Below are positions 1 through 10,712 of a stretch of DNA of 59,324 nt, piece after piece. Numbering within the stretch: the first letter of the stretch is position 1; the number at the start of each line of letters is the position of its first letter. Below the pieces are notes generated by a model. That model was not told the DNA's origin, searched no databases, and saw nothing but the letters and a program-made list of their open reading frames with translations. Source of the stretch: Archaeoglobus sp. JdFR-37 (lineage in GTDB: Archaea > Halobacteriota > Archaeoglobi > Archaeoglobales > Archaeoglobaceae). The DNA lies in contig MTMY01000030.1 in NCBI GenBank assembly GCA_002010215.1, positions 1 through 59,324 of the forward strand. Direction: 5' to 3'. A program made the position numbers and the translations under genes.

Positions 1-65
1 TACAGCTGAAGCTTCTTAGCGAAGGCGGCAATCACGTTGTATTCGACGAAGTGGCGGTATATTAA
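1..65 (+). CDS. 3' end of an unidentified gene entering the window (partial)
   Basis: Open frame from 3 reading QLKLLSEGGNHVVFDEVAVY* (TAA 63-65), followed by a T-rich tract and an AT-rich intergenic region. Confidence 0.5.
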   Translation, partial: QLKLLSEGGNHVVFDEVAVY

Positions 66-291
66 AATTTTTATTAATTTTAATTTTTTTGTTAATTTAT
101 TCTTGTTATTCTTGCATTACTCAATTGGTTATATTAATCATATATTATATTGGTCAACTAAGTTAATTAATTAAAATTGATTAGATTGAATTGTAATCAA
201 AATAACTAAAGCTCACGTCACTAGAAGGTGAGAGCGTCTTGAGTTAATTTTCCATTAAACTTTTATATTTTTTAAAATTTTATCAGTATTA

Positions 292-1440
292 ATGCCCACC
301 AATACGCGCATCAACCTCCTAATTCTAGGCACTCTCTTCGGAATAACGGCCTTCGACACCCTCCTTCTTGGATTTGCAATACCCAAGTTGATAGTGGAAT
401 ATGGCTTAACCCGTTCTCAGGCCGGATTCCTTGGCACATCTCTCATGATAGGTGTTGGTATTGGAGCTCTCGTCTTAGGAGCTGTCTCAGACATTGTGGG
501 AAGAAAAAGAGTAATTTTCCTATCTGTTGCCATGTTTACTATATCCACGGGCTTGATGGGTTTTGTTAAGAGTTACATTTTTTTTGCAGTTCTCCTTCTC
601 GCATCTGGCTTTGGACTAGGTGGCGGACTGACTATGAGCATAGCTTACCTCCCCGACATCATAGATAAACCTCTGGACAGATACATGTGTTATCTGGAGT
701 CGTTCTGGGGAATTGGGGCTTTTTTGATTGTTACCACTTCATACATTCTTACCACAAGACCTCTGACAGAGCTCTTTCTTGTAGGAGCTATTCCTTTACT
801 CCTGCTACCACTCTTCTGCCTGCTCCCCGACGTCAGATCCTCTGAAAAGGAAAGCATGACAGGGAACGTTAAAAACCTATTACTTGAGTATGGCAAAGTT
901 ACGGTGATTCTCTGGGTTATATGGTTCTGCGGAGTCTACACGTACTATGGAGTATTTTTGTGGCTCCCCGATGTTATGGTTACTCAGCAAGGATATGAAA
1001 TTGGAAGCTCAGTACTCATTCCCATCTATGCTGTTCAGATATTCTCTCCTCTCATTCTTTCTTTTATTGTTCGGGAAGGCAATACAGAGAAATTACTAGC
1101 AGTCTATTCCTTTATGGCTGCTGTATCAACTCTAGTTTTCGTGTATGCTGGAAGTTACACGATAATGGTGCTATCTATACTCGTAACATCCTTTTTCAGC
1201 ATTGGGGGCTGGGTTTTGCTGATTCTGGCAACTCAGAAAAGTTATCCTCAGAGGATAAGGGGGCTTGGAGTGGGATCTGCGGCAAGTATAGGCAGGCTTG
1301 GCGGGATTCTTGCTCCATACCTTACCGGATACTTTATGGATGTCTATGGAACCTTTGAAGTTCCCTTTGGAATATTTGTAGCTCTCTTTCTGATTATGGC
1401 TGTTTTTGCTCTGCCTGTTTCAGCTATGCGTAATGGTTGA
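292..1440 (+). CDS. Major facilitator superfamily transporter
   Basis: About 12 hydrophobic segments, MFS motif A (GAVSDIVGRK) and C-terminal YPQRIRGLGVG...GRLGG motif; TATA-like TTTTATA near 261-267. Confidence 0.9.
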   Translation: MPTNTRINLLILGTLFGITAFDTLLLGFAIPKLIVEYGLTRSQAGFLGTSLMIGVGIGALVLGAVSDIVGRKRVIFLSVAMFTISTGLMGFVKSYIFFAVLLLASGFGLGGGLTMSIAYLPDIIDKPLDRYMCYLESFWGIGAFLIVTTSYILTTRPLTELFLVGAIPLLLLPLFCLLPDVRSSEKESMTGNVKNLLLEYGKVTVILWVIWFCGVYTYYGVFLWLPDVMVTQQGYEIGSSVLIPIYAVQIFSPLILSFIVREGNTEKLLAVYSFMAAVSTLVFVYAGSYTIMVLSILVTSFFSIGGWVLLILATQKSYPQRIRGLGVGSAASIGRLGGILAPYLTGYFMDVYGTFEVPFGIFVALFLIMAVFALPVSAMRNG

Positions 1441-1656
1441 GTCATATTTTAGAGATAGACGTATCAATAGGAGTTCCAATATTTCTTACCCTGCTACTTT
1501 TCACTCGAACCTTTTAAATGGAGTGTATAATTTTGAGTTTTACCTGCATTCTCACATTCTCACATCTCTCGTAAAGTCAGGAATTGCGAAATTCAGAAAC
1601 TCTAAAAAATTGAAAGCGTGAAAATATTTTTAAAACTTCTTCACGCCTCTTCTGCG

Positions 1657-3156
1657 ATGAACGATACCATTCACTGGGCCGATGTGGTTGCCAGCGAGTT
1701 GCTGAAGAGGGGAGGGAAGCACAGAATCGCCACAGGCATCACGCCAAGCGGCCACATCCATCTTGGTAATTTGCGAGAGATGCTGACGGCAGATGCAGTC
1801 AGAAGGGCAGTAATAGATGATGGTGGGAAGGCTGAGCTCATTTATATAGCTGACACCTTCGATCCGCTGAGAAAACGCTACCCCTTCCTGCCAGAAAAAT
1901 ATGAGGAATACGTGGGAATGCCCCTGAGCAATATCCCTGATCCGGAAGGCTGCCACGAGAACTATTCAGAGCACTTCCTCCAGCCGTTCCTCGAGAGTCT
2001 GGAGATACTCGGCATACCAGTCAGGGTTGAAAAGGCTCACGAAATGTACAGAGATGGGCGCTATGAGGAGCAAATAAAGGTGGCACTGAAGAAGCGCGAT
2101 GTAATTGCCCGTATAATTCATGACGTCACAGGAAGGGAGCTTGAGTCTGATTGGACACCCTTCATGCCCTTCTGCGAAAACTGTGGGAGGATAAATTCTG
2201 CAAAGGTGACTGGTTTCGATGAAAACTGGATATACTATGCATGCCAGTGCGGTCACGAGGGTAAGGCCAGCTATAGTGGTGGAGGAAAGCTCACATGGCG
2301 TGTTGACTGGGCGGCCAGATGGAAAATTCTCGGTATAACGTGTGAACCCTTTGGGAAGGATCACGCTGCTGCTGGCGGTAGCTATGACACTGGCGTCAGG
2401 CTGGCAAGAGAGGTTTTTAAAATCGAACCACCTTTCCCGGTGGTGTATGAGTGGATTCATCTAAAGGGCAAGGGAGCCATGAAGAGCTCTAAGGGGATTG
2501 TTGTTCCTGTGAGGGAGATTGTAGAAATTCTTCCGCCCGAAATTATAAGATATCTTATCATACGGGTAAAGCCCGAAAGGCACATCGAGTTTGACCCATC
2601 CATGATTCTCGATGTTATCGACGATTTTGAGGATGAGTTCAGGCATAAAACCAGAAATGTGGAACTTTCTCTAGTGGAGGATGTGAGCTATTCTGAGGTA
2701 CCATTCAGACACCTCATTGTGGTTGGCCAGATAGCCAACTGGGAGCTGGAAAAGGTGCTTGAAATTCTGCAAAGAACCTATGAAGTTGACGATGAAGTCA
2801 AGAAAGATGTTGAAAGAAGGCTGATATATGCCAAAAAATGGCTAGAGAAGCTTGCACCTGAGGCGATTAAATTCGAGATAAAGGAGGAGATAGCTGATAT
2901 AACGGCAGAATTCAATGAAGATGAAAAGAGGTTTTTAAGTGCCTATGCAGAGAAACTTTCAGAGGATATGAGTCCCGAGAGAATTCATCAGCTCGTTTAT
3001 GAGGTGGCAAAGGAAATAGGTATCAAACCGGCAAAGGCTTTTCAGGCAATTTATAAGGCAATCCTTGATAGATCGCACGGCCCCAGGGCAGGATACTTTA
3101 TTAAATCTCTGGGTGTAAACTGGATTAAGGAGAGGTTCAGGAAGGTTGCTGGCTAA
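1657..3156 (+). CDS. lysS: Class I lysyl-tRNA synthetase
   Basis: HWAD N-terminus, GITPSGHIHLGN (HIGH), Zn-knuckles, WRVDW, EPFGKDH, AMKSSKG (KMSKS-like). ATG 1657 preferred over ORF start 1618. Confidence 0.97.
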   Translation: MNDTIHWADVVASELLKRGGKHRIATGITPSGHIHLGNLREMLTADAVRRAVIDDGGKAELIYIADTFDPLRKRYPFLPEKYEEYVGMPLSNIPDPEGCHENYSEHFLQPFLESLEILGIPVRVEKAHEMYRDGRYEEQIKVALKKRDVIARIIHDVTGRELESDWTPFMPFCENCGRINSAKVTGFDENWIYYACQCGHEGKASYSGGGKLTWRVDWAARWKILGITCEPFGKDHAAAGGSYDTGVRLAREVFKIEPPFPVVYEWIHLKGKGAMKSSKGIVVPVREIVEILPPEIIRYLIIRVKPERHIEFDPSMILDVIDDFEDEFRHKTRNVELSLVEDVSYSEVPFRHLIVVGQIANWELEKVLEILQRTYEVDDEVKKDVERRLIYAKKWLEKLAPEAIKFEIKEEIADITAEFNEDEKRFLSAYAEKLSEDMSPERIHQLVYEVAKEIGIKPAKAFQAIYKAILDRSHGPRAGYFIKSLGVNWIKERFRKVAG

Positions 3157-3163
3157 GGGGAAT

Positions 3164-4213
3164 ATGGAGTATATGAGACGAATAAGACGTATAGAAGCTG
3201 GAAGCTATTACAGTTATCTGACTGAGGGGTGCAGACTCTGTAGGAAAGGTGCTAAACTGGTTTTATTTGTTACTGGTGAATGTCCAAACACATGCTTCTA
3301 CTGCCCCATCAGCGAGGACAGGCAGCGGAAAGATGTCATCTTTGCCAACGAAAGGCCTGTAAGAGACATTGAAGACATTGTAGAGGAAGTCCTCCTCATG
3401 GATGCAGAAGGAGCGGCGATTACAGGAGGTGAACCTCTGATCAAGCTCGAAAGGGTTGAGGAATTCATCAGCCTTTTCAGCAAAGCAAACATGCATACGC
3501 ACCTTTACACCAGCATCCCTGCCAGTCAGAGAGTCATTGAAAGACTTGCAAAAGCCGGACTTGATGAGTTAAGATTTCATCCCCCATTGCTTGAGAATTC
3601 ACAAGTATATGAGGAGCCGCTAAAGCTTGCAATTAAAGCTGGAATTGAAGCAGGTTTCGAAATCCCTGCTCTGAAATTTGAGGAAAGGCTTGTTGAGATA
3701 GCCAACAGGTACGGAGCTTTCTTTAACGTGAATGAGCTGGAGTTTTCTGCCAGCAATTTTGATGAAATGCAGCGTGAGGGCTTTGAAATAGGGGATTTCT
3801 ATGAGGCAAAAGGAAGCAGAGAAATTGCAGAAAAGTATGCAGAGGTGGTAGATAAATTTCACTTCTGCAGCGTCCTATTTAAGGACAAAGCCCAGATGCG
3901 TCGCAGACTCATAAGAATGGCCTTCAACCACCCGGATTTCTACAAGGTTACAAACGAGGGAACAATTATATGTGGTGTGGCCGAAGGGGACGAAAGAGCT
4001 TTACGCAAAGTTTTAAATCTGCTGGATTATATGGGTGAGGAATACGTGAAAATGGACGGCAGGGTTGAATTCTCCGCAAATCTTGCAGAATATCTGGTGG
4101 AGAGAATACGTAAAATTCGTCAAGATTTAAAAGACCTTGATGTAGAGATAGGCATAGTGGAGAGATACCCGACGTATACACGGATAGTTGTGGAAAAGAC
4201 CGTGCTGGAGTAA
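3164..4213 (+). CDS. Radical SAM protein (conserved archaeal family)
   Basis: CPNTCFYC (CxxxCxxC), ITGGEP, N-terminal GCRLC. Start is uncertain (3146/3164/3173). Confidence 0.85.
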   Translation: MEYMRRIRRIEAGSYYSYLTEGCRLCRKGAKLVLFVTGECPNTCFYCPISEDRQRKDVIFANERPVRDIEDIVEEVLLMDAEGAAITGGEPLIKLERVEEFISLFSKANMHTHLYTSIPASQRVIERLAKAGLDELRFHPPLLENSQVYEEPLKLAIKAGIEAGFEIPALKFEERLVEIANRYGAFFNVNELEFSASNFDEMQREGFEIGDFYEAKGSREIAEKYAEVVDKFHFCSVLFKDKAQMRRRLIRMAFNHPDFYKVTNEGTIICGVAEGDERALRKVLNLLDYMGEEYVKMDGRVEFSANLAEYLVERIRKIRQDLKDLDVEIGIVERYPTYTRIVVEKTVLE

Positions 4214-4249
4214 TGGCGGATAATGACGAGGTAATAGTGAGGTGAGGTC

Positions 4250-4549
4250 GTGAAGAGGAATGAAATAGAACAGAGGCTCAGGAAGTATCTCGAGAGGGAT
4301 AGGACTGGTGTAAGAAAGGAACTCATCAAACTGCTTCTCGATGGAAAGAAGTACACGACTGAGGATATACACCGATTTCTGGTGGAAAAGGGCTACCAGC
4401 TAAATTTGAGAGGAGTATCGGCTATGATAGGTTTGATGAGTGCAAGGCTGGGCATAGTGAAGATGGAGTTGGGGGAGAAGAACAAGTATTACCTCAAGAA
4501 AGAATATGAAGACCTTGTAAGGTCAATTCTGGTTAATTTTGAAACATGA
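4250..4549 (+). CDS. DUF2551-like small winged-helix protein
   Basis: RLRKYLERDRTGVRK...VSAMIGLMSARLG pattern of the conserved archaeal gene upstream of uppS; RBS GAGGTGA before the GTG start. Confidence 0.75.
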   Translation: MKRNEIEQRLRKYLERDRTGVRKELIKLLLDGKKYTTEDIHRFLVEKGYQLNLRGVSAMIGLMSARLGIVKMELGEKNKYYLKKEYEDLVRSILVNFET

Positions 4550-5382
4550 ACCCGATTCTGAAATTATACGAATCCTTATTAATGAAAGAAGTAAAAAGGG
4601 GAAAAATTCCGAAGCATTTAGCCATTATTATGGATGGAAACAGGCGTTATGCTAAGCGTAGGGGCCTGCCGGTTTATGTTGGACACATGATGGGCTCCAG
4701 AAAGGTTGAGGAAGTTCTCAACTGGTGCTGGGAGATAGGTATCAGAAATGTCACCCTCTATGCATTCTCAACTGAAAATTTCAGGAGGAGTGAAGAGGAG
4801 AAAACGAAGCTCTTTCAGCTCCTCGAGAAAGAACTGAGAAGAATCGCCAGAGATAGAAGAATTCATAGGAATAAAGTCAAGATTAATGTAGTCGGAAAGC
4901 TCGAACTGCTGCCAGAAAATGTCAGAGAGGCTATAAAGATTGCTGAGGAGTCAACGAAAAACTACTCCAATTTCCATCTAAACGTCGCCGTAGCATATGG
5001 GGGAAGGCAGGAGATACTTGATGCGGTGAGAGAAGTGCTGAAAAGGGTTGAGAGGGGAGAAATTGATCCAGAAGAGATATCGGAGGAGCACATTAACAGC
5101 TTTCTCTATGGAGGTGGGGACTATTCCAAAGTCGATCTTGTCATCAGGACTGGTGGGGAACAAAGACTTTCCAACTTTCTCCCTTGGCAGGCTGCTAACA
5201 GCACAGCTTATTTCTGCGATGTTTATTGGCCTCAGTTCAGAAAAGTGGATCTGCTCAGAGCCATAAGGACATGGCAGTGGAGGCAGAGGGCTGGTGGTAG
5301 TAATGGGAATATTGATGGGGGAATAAATCCTAACGACTTAAAGGGGGCAAAAGTTTCAAAAAATGCAGCGTCAGAGGGGTGA
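4546..5382 (+). CDS. uppS: cis-prenyltransferase (undecaprenyl/polyprenyl diphosphate synthase)
   Basis: HLAIIMDGNRR, YAFSTENFRR, YGGRQEI and IRTGGEQRLSNFLPWQ motifs. Confidence 0.96.
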   Translation: MNPILKLYESLLMKEVKRGKIPKHLAIIMDGNRRYAKRRGLPVYVGHMMGSRKVEEVLNWCWEIGIRNVTLYAFSTENFRRSEEEKTKLFQLLEKELRRIARDRRIHRNKVKINVVGKLELLPENVREAIKIAEESTKNYSNFHLNVAVAYGGRQEILDAVREVLKRVERGEIDPEEISEEHINSFLYGGGDYSKVDLVIRTGGEQRLSNFLPWQAANSTAYFCDVYWPQFRKVDLLRAIRTWQWRQRAGGSNGNIDGGINPNDLKGAKVSKNAASEG

Positions 5383-5385
5383 TGT

Positions 5386-6615
5386 ATGAATTCAAATTCA
5401 AAGTTGATGTATGAGTTCAGGAGGAAACTGGAAGAACTGGAAAAGATGAAGGGTAGAGGAACGGAGCTCATCACTCTTTACATTCCTCCGGATAAGAATA
5501 TAGCGGATATTGCCTCTCAGCTCCGTAACGAGCTCAGCCAAGCTTCAAACATCAAGTCCAAGCAGACCAGAACAAATGTGATGGCGGGGCTTGATGCAAT
5601 ACTCCAGCGTTTGAAGCATTATAAGAAACCCCCTGAGAATGGAATGGTCATAATCAGCGGTGTGATCGACCTTGGAGGAGGCAGAGAGAAGCATATTACT
5701 GAGATAATCGAGCCTCCTGAACCTGTACCTCTCTACAAGTACCATTGCGACTCCACGTTTTATCTGGAACCTCTCAAAGAGATGCTGAGAGAAAAGAAGA
5801 TTTACGGTCTTATAGTTATAGACAGAAGAGAAGCAACGATAGGTATTCTTAGGGGTAAGAGGATCGAGGCGCTGAGTTACGTAACTTCAACAGTCCCGGG
5901 GAAGCACAGGCAGGGCGGTCAGAGCAGCGTCCGTTTTGAGAGGCTCAGACAGATAGCAATTCACGAGTTTTATAAGAGAGTTGGCGAAAGAGCTAACGAA
6001 GCTCTCCTCCCGCATCTTGAAGACCTACAGGGAATTCTGATAGGCGGGCCATCGCCAACGAAAGAGGAGTTTTATGAGGGGGAGTATCTACATCATGAAC
6101 TTCAGAAAAGGGTAATTGGTCTGTTTGACATTAGCTATACAGATGAGAGCGGCCTATATGAGCTTGTGGAAAAGGCTCAGGATGCTCTGCAAGAACTTGA
6201 CATAATGAGGGAAAAGAGGCTGATGAAGAAGTTCCTTGGCGAGATTGTGAAGGATGGCCTTGCTGCTTATGGTGAGGAAGAGGTCAGGAAGTACCTTGAA
6301 ATGGGTGCAGTGGACACGTTGCTGCTGAGCGAAGACCTGCGTCTTGAAAGAGTTCGCTACCGCTGTCCCATGTGTGGCAAGGAGGAGGAATTAACGGTTA
6401 AGGAAAACGGGAAGAAACCACCGGTTTGTCGGGAAGATGGCATCAACATGGAGGAAGTTGAGAGGAAGGACGTGATTCTTGAGCTTTCAGAGCTTGCTGA
6501 GAATGTCGGAACTAATGTAGAGTTCCTCTCCACAGAGAGTGAAGAAGGAGCAATGCTGCTGAATGCTTTTGGCGGGATTGCTGCTTTGCTGAGGTATAGG
6601 CCAGGGAATAAGTGA
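5386..6615 (+). CDS. prf1: Archaeal peptide chain release factor aRF1
   Basis: NIKS motif, YHCD, GGQS catalytic motif, C-terminal AFGGIAALLRY. Confidence 0.98.
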   Translation: MNSNSKLMYEFRRKLEELEKMKGRGTELITLYIPPDKNIADIASQLRNELSQASNIKSKQTRTNVMAGLDAILQRLKHYKKPPENGMVIISGVIDLGGGREKHITEIIEPPEPVPLYKYHCDSTFYLEPLKEMLREKKIYGLIVIDRREATIGILRGKRIEALSYVTSTVPGKHRQGGQSSVRFERLRQIAIHEFYKRVGERANEALLPHLEDLQGILIGGPSPTKEEFYEGEYLHHELQKRVIGLFDISYTDESGLYELVEKAQDALQELDIMREKRLMKKFLGEIVKDGLAAYGEEEVRKYLEMGAVDTLLLSEDLRLERVRYRCPMCGKEEELTVKENGKKPPVCREDGINMEEVERKDVILELSELAENVGTNVEFLSTESEEGAMLLNAFGGIAALLRYRPGNK

Positions 6616-6761
6616 TGATTGTCAAATTTTACTTTTCTGGGTTTCAGTTCTGCTATTCGTTGTGTCCTTGTTACTTATCCTCCTACCTTTGATTTTATCC
6701 CACCAACATCTCCAACATCCCTAAGCTTCAAATCAACAAGATAGTAGAACTACTAAAAATG

Positions 6762-6796
6762 AACCTATGGGACAGGGGAGGAGCAGGGTGGACAGG
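6762..6796 (+). repeat. Degenerate copy of the G-rich intergenic element
   Basis: GGGACAGGGGAGGAGCAGGGTGGACAGG matches the core of the 34894 and 39835 copies at 19/28 and 20/28 positions, ungapped. Confidence 0.4.
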
Positions 6797-6850
6797 CCTA
6801 GGCATAGTTTAATTGAAAACTAGTGCTTAATCAGTCTAACTATCCCTTCA

Positions 6851-7603
6851 TCACTCTATTCTTGCATTTATATTATAGTTTGCTAACACAAGCCGGTTGA
6901 AGTACATGGAAACGTTCAGCATATTGCCTGTCAGGTCTGTTTGCAGCACAGTGTTGTTGGAGTAACCTCTCAGCTCATCGAAGTATCTTTTCCAAGCATC
7001 CACATAGCTCGAATTTATATTCATTTCAATGTATCCACTTTGGTTAAACACATTCACTTCTGCTGAACTCAGATCGAAAACAAGAGTCACCATACCTTCT
7101 CCTCCCGCTGAACCGCTGCCGTTGATGGATGTCAGGGCGATGAAGACAATTGTCTCGTTGTTGACATTTTTCTTGTAAATGAATATCCTAGGTTGGGAGA
7201 TCATTGTTGTCCTATCTCGGGATTTCAACCATACACCACCATTCTCGAAGGATATGGTGTAGTCGGGGTAGCTGTACTCCACTCCACCCATTATACTCGA
7301 TTTCAACAGGGCTGTGGAATTGTTGATGGTAACCTTTATAGTAATGCTGTTATCACGAATTGTATGCACTTCTCCACCGCTAAGGAGAACTCTTATTTCC
7401 TTTTTAGAACTCTTTCCGTAAACAACACTTTCCACTGCATCCTGTATCTTTCTGAAACCCTGAACCATGCTCTCAAATCTAACATCTTCTTTTGATTCAT
7501 CTACCATTGAATATGCATAACTGAAAACCATGGCAGTGGCTACTATCACTATTCCGAAGATCAAGGCAAATCCGACTATCTCTGAAACGCCTTTACTGTT
7601 CAT
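6851..7603 (-). CDS. Class III signal-peptide (pilin-like) protein
   Basis: MNSKG/VSEIVGFALIFG prepilin-peptidase site followed by a hydrophobic helix; paralog of 7600-8304 (shared ENGGV motif). Confidence 0.85.
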   Translation of the reverse strand: MNSKGVSEIVGFALIFGIVIVATAMVFSYAYSMVDESKEDVRFESMVQGFRKIQDAVESVVYGKSSKKEIRVLLSGGEVHTIRDNSITIKVTINNSTALLKSSIMGGVEYSYPDYTISFENGGVWLKSRDRTTMISQPRIFIYKKNVNNETIVFIALTSINGSGSAGGEGMVTLVFDLSSAEVNVFNQSGYIEMNINSSYVDAWKRYFDELRGYSNNTVLQTDLTGNMLNVSMYFNRLVLANYNINARIE

Positions 7604-8304
7604 ATCATCCTCACATCCACCACGTACTTATTGAGGGTCAGGCGGTTAAATGGAATGATTACTTCTACCTCGTTCTGTTCATCCTCAACTGTTCCGAACT
7701 TAGTAAGAAACTGTTTCCAAGATTTTGCGTACCTCGTCCTGATTTCGATGGTTATATTTCCAGATTCATTGAAAGTGTAACTCTTTGTGGAGTTGAATTT
7801 AAGGATGAGGTTTACAACACCTCCCCCTAGTCCGCCTGCTGCCGAACCACTTCCGACGATTTTGAATAGGGCTATACTCAGGTTTCCATCCTGTATGTAC
7901 ATCTTGGGAGACGAGATGATGGTATCTCCAAAGACTCCACCGTTCTCTATTGCCATAGAGAAATCTGAGCTGGAGTATTCTATGGCTCCTAAGTCATCAC
8001 TCAACTGTAGCACGATTCCGGTTGAGTTCCTAACCGTTATATCCACGTGAACTCCACCTGAAATTGAGAGAGACCCACCAGAAAGGGCAATTTTGGTGGT
8101 TGCAACAGGGAAAACATCTGTTGACACCTTTGAGAGCTGCTCACTCAGATATACAAGCTGGGAAATAACGTTTCTCTCTCTGATAACCTTCTGATGTGAG
8201 TCTATAAGCGGGAAACCATAAATAAGTATAATTGAGATGGTTATGGATATCATTGCCACTATCAGTATGTTGTCTAGGACTTCCGAAACACCTTTCTCTC
8301 TCAT
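7600..8304 (-). CDS. Class III signal-peptide (pilin-like) protein
   Basis: MREKG/VSEVLDNILIVAMII cleavage motif; ENGGV and GSGSA-GG motifs shared with the neighbour. Confidence 0.85.
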   Translation of the reverse strand: MREKGVSEVLDNILIVAMISITISIILIYGFPLIDSHQKVIRERNVISQLVYLSEQLSKVSTDVFPVATTKIALSGGSLSISGGVHVDITVRNSTGIVLQLSDDLGAIEYSSSDFSMAIENGGVFGDTIISSPKMYIQDGNLSIALFKIVGSGSAAGGLGGGVVNLILKFNSTKSYTFNESGNITIEIRTRYAKSWKQFLTKFGTVEDEQNEVEVIIPFNRLTLNKYVVDVRMI

Positions 8305-10712
8305 TTTAACACAACCTTTTCGGGACTGAGGCGGGTTACATTCAGTTCTGGCACAGGCAAGTAGATTGTGGTGAAGTTAACTCCTGTGAACGGCCAGGGG
8401 ATGAAGGTGACATTCGATACTCCATAGGCATTGGTCAATATCAACCCCTCTGTGTTTGGTACCACTTCAAAGCTACCTATCCAAGTCTCATTTATCCTGA
8501 TGCTGCTTATATTCCACTGAATGACCGTCTGATTGCCCACATAACTCACGTTGGCATTTGATGGGGTTTCAGAGAGGGTGACGTCAGATGTCAGCACGTC
8601 AGTGATGGTGATGTTTATCGCAGCCCTTTCCTTCAGCTCCCTGGCAATCTGCTCATAGATGTTCTGAAGTTCTTCTGATGTGGCGGCGAAAAAATAATAG
8701 TCGGGAGATGTGGCAATTTCTTGGAGCAATGTAGCATTGGCATCGCTCCCGAATCCGATTGTATATATCAGTATAGATTCGTTGTTTACTTGAGTTTGCT
8801 TCGTGATCTCTGCTTCGCTCAGAGCTTCCTGAATTGCCAGGGTTTCAGAGGCTTGACCGTCTGAAGTTATTGTTGGGTTTCCGTCTGACAGGATTATCAT
8901 AACCGGGATATTCCCTGTGGTGGTATTCGCCACCAGTTCTTCTCTTGCTTTCTTTATTCCACCTCCTAGGGGAGTTCCGCCATATGCATACAGTCCATCA
9001 ATACTGGTGTTGGCTTGATCAGTATTGTTGGTTAAAGGCTGATCCAGCGTTATTCTAGGAGTTGCACCGCCGCTTCCCTGACCGCCAAAGGAAACAACTC
9101 CTACCTGGTCAGTCCCTCTCAAAAAGCTGTTGAATGTTTTTGCAGTTATCTTGGCAGCATCAATTTTGGCAATGTCTGCCGTAATGTAAAATTCTTGGGT
9201 TCCATACGGAAAGTCCCCCACCACATATGCTGTGTAAGTTCCGCTGGCAGCATTTGAGTCTGAATAGTAAGTACCTGATGAGGAGGAATAAGGACCCTTC
9301 AGAGCTCCACCGGGCTCTTCTACCCATAAATGCAATTCCTTGCTACCATTTACCGGAGTTACCTCTATTTTCAGGTTTTCTACTATTGGGATCTGGAATG
9401 TGATGATTGATGCGTTGGCATCCAGTGCGAAGTTCCAGGATGAAACAAGGGTTCCAGAAAAATACCACCACCAAAAATATCCGTTTTTCTCAACCTCGAC
9501 TGTGACAGTATCGCTACCAGTGGGATAGTCAGCAACAACGCTGATAGTCCAGTTACCCTCCACGGGATTTTGCACGAAATACATCTCACCGTTTGTTATA
9601 CCGTACTGGGCGCGGGCAAAATCACCGTCAGGAGATTTAACCCACAGGTCTATATCCTTTCCGCTTGAAGAGTATGCCATGACGGTCAGACTGGAAAAAC
9701 TGCTATCTACATTGACGTAATTCTCCCACTTAGATGGAGACGCTGTACCACTGCTTGAGTTGTACAGCGTGTAACCATTGGTTCCATAATAGTCTGGGTC
9801 CATGCTTCCCGAAACGTCAATTACGTGCATCACACTTATATTTCTGGCCTGCTCGATTATTCCCCCGCCTCTGAGGTAAATTACGATCTGAACAGGATTA
9901 TCCGGCTCGGTAACCTCTGGTATTACGTATTTGGTGGCGAAGAGGTATGGATCGAGTTCTTGACTTTGCGGGATGACTGTTATGTTTATTGTGCTGCTGT
10001 CAGAATATCCGTAGCTGTCCCACACCGTAAGGGTTGCCGTGTACGTGCCATCAGCAGAATATGAGTGTTCAACCAAGGACTGGGATGGATTATTGGGGTT
10101 GTACTTTGCCTCATAGCTGCTACCATCTCCGAAATCCCACCTGAACCATAGGTCTCCTTCTCCTGTCGAGAGGGTCATGTCAAATGTCACATTACTTCCA
10201 ACCTCTACGGTGGTTGGATATGCCAGTGCCACTGCTGTGGGCATCATGTGGCTGTATTTCGTGTATTCTATTTCATGGACAGGAGTAATGCTGAAAGTTG
10301 AGCCTACTGGTAAGACTTTCAGTGCGATGTTATTGATGGGGATGTATTCACTCTTTCCAGCTCTTTCAGAGGAGATTTTCAGGACATATTCTCCACCTAC
10401 CTGCGTAAATTCTGCTTTGAAATCGTAGTCTCCGATAGTATAAGGCATGAATATTTTGGCCTTAACATAACCGTTCTCCGGTGCTATTATAGAGATGTCT
10501 GTGAGTTTGACGGCAATCTGGTTTCCCACATCCTGAAACTGATTTTTCATTGTTGTGGAGAGGGGAGTTTTACCCAACACATCATTGAACTGTAAAACAA
10601 TGAAAGCGAAGAAAATCATGAGTATGCCTGATAGAATCAAATATTCTATGAGGATTGAAACTCCTCTTTCTGAGTCATGTGAGCTGAACAAGAACGGTTT
10701 CCTCATACTCAA
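8301..10712 (-). CDS. Large pilin-like adhesin with PKD domain, PPC-like repeats and vWA domain
   Basis: RG/VSILIEY class III signal; WDFGDG...HSY...GTYTATLTV (PKD); MIDAS DVSGS, GGTPLGGGI, ILSDGNP, IYTIGFG (vWA). Confidence 0.85.
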   Translation of the reverse strand: MSMRKPFLFSSHDSERGVSILIEYLILSGILMIFFAFIVLQFNDVLGKTPLSTTMKNQFQDVGNQIAVKLTDISIIAPENGYVKAKIFMPYTIGDYDFKAEFTQVGGEYVLKISSERAGKSEYIPINNIALKVLPVGSTFSITPVHEIEYTKYSHMMPTAVALAYPTTVEVGSNVTFDMTLSTGEGDLWFRWDFGDGSSYEAKYNPNNPSQSLVEHSYSADGTYTATLTVWDSYGYSDSSTINITVIPQSQELDPYLFATKYVIPEVTEPDNPVQIVIYLRGGGIIEQARNISVMHVIDVSGSMDPDYYGTNGYTLYNSSSGTASPSKWENYVNVDSSFSSLTVMAYSSSGKDIDLWVKSPDGDFARAQYGITNGEMYFVQNPVEGNWTISVVADYPTGSDTVTVEVEKNGYFWWWYFSGTLVSSWNFALDANASIITFQIPIVENLKIEVTPVNGSKELHLWVEEPGGALKGPYSSSSGTYYSDSNAASGTYTAYVVGDFPYGTQEFYITADIAKIDAAKITAKTFNSFLRGTDQVGVVSFGGQGSGGATPRITLDQPLTNNTDQANTSIDGLYAYGGTPLGGGIKKAREELVANTTTGNIPVMIILSDGNPTITSDGQASETLAIQEALSEAEITKQTQVNNESILIYTIGFGSDANATLLQEIATSPDYYFFAATSEELQNIYEQIARELKERAAINITITDVLTSDVTLSETPSNANVSYVGNQTVIQWNISSIRINETWIGSFEVVPNTEGLILTNAYGVSNVTFIPWPFTGVNFTTIYLPVPELNVTRLSPEKVVLK

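Noticed and set aside
209..243. Weak hairpin GCTCAC...GTGAGAGC resembling an IS200/IS605 end
   Set aside because: Stem is short and imperfect, with no transposase or partner end in the window.
5281..5382. C-terminal extension of UppS as a frameshift or read-through
   Set aside because: The RXG motif (RAG) is intact and the tail ends 3 nt before prf1; a variable tail is the simpler explanation.
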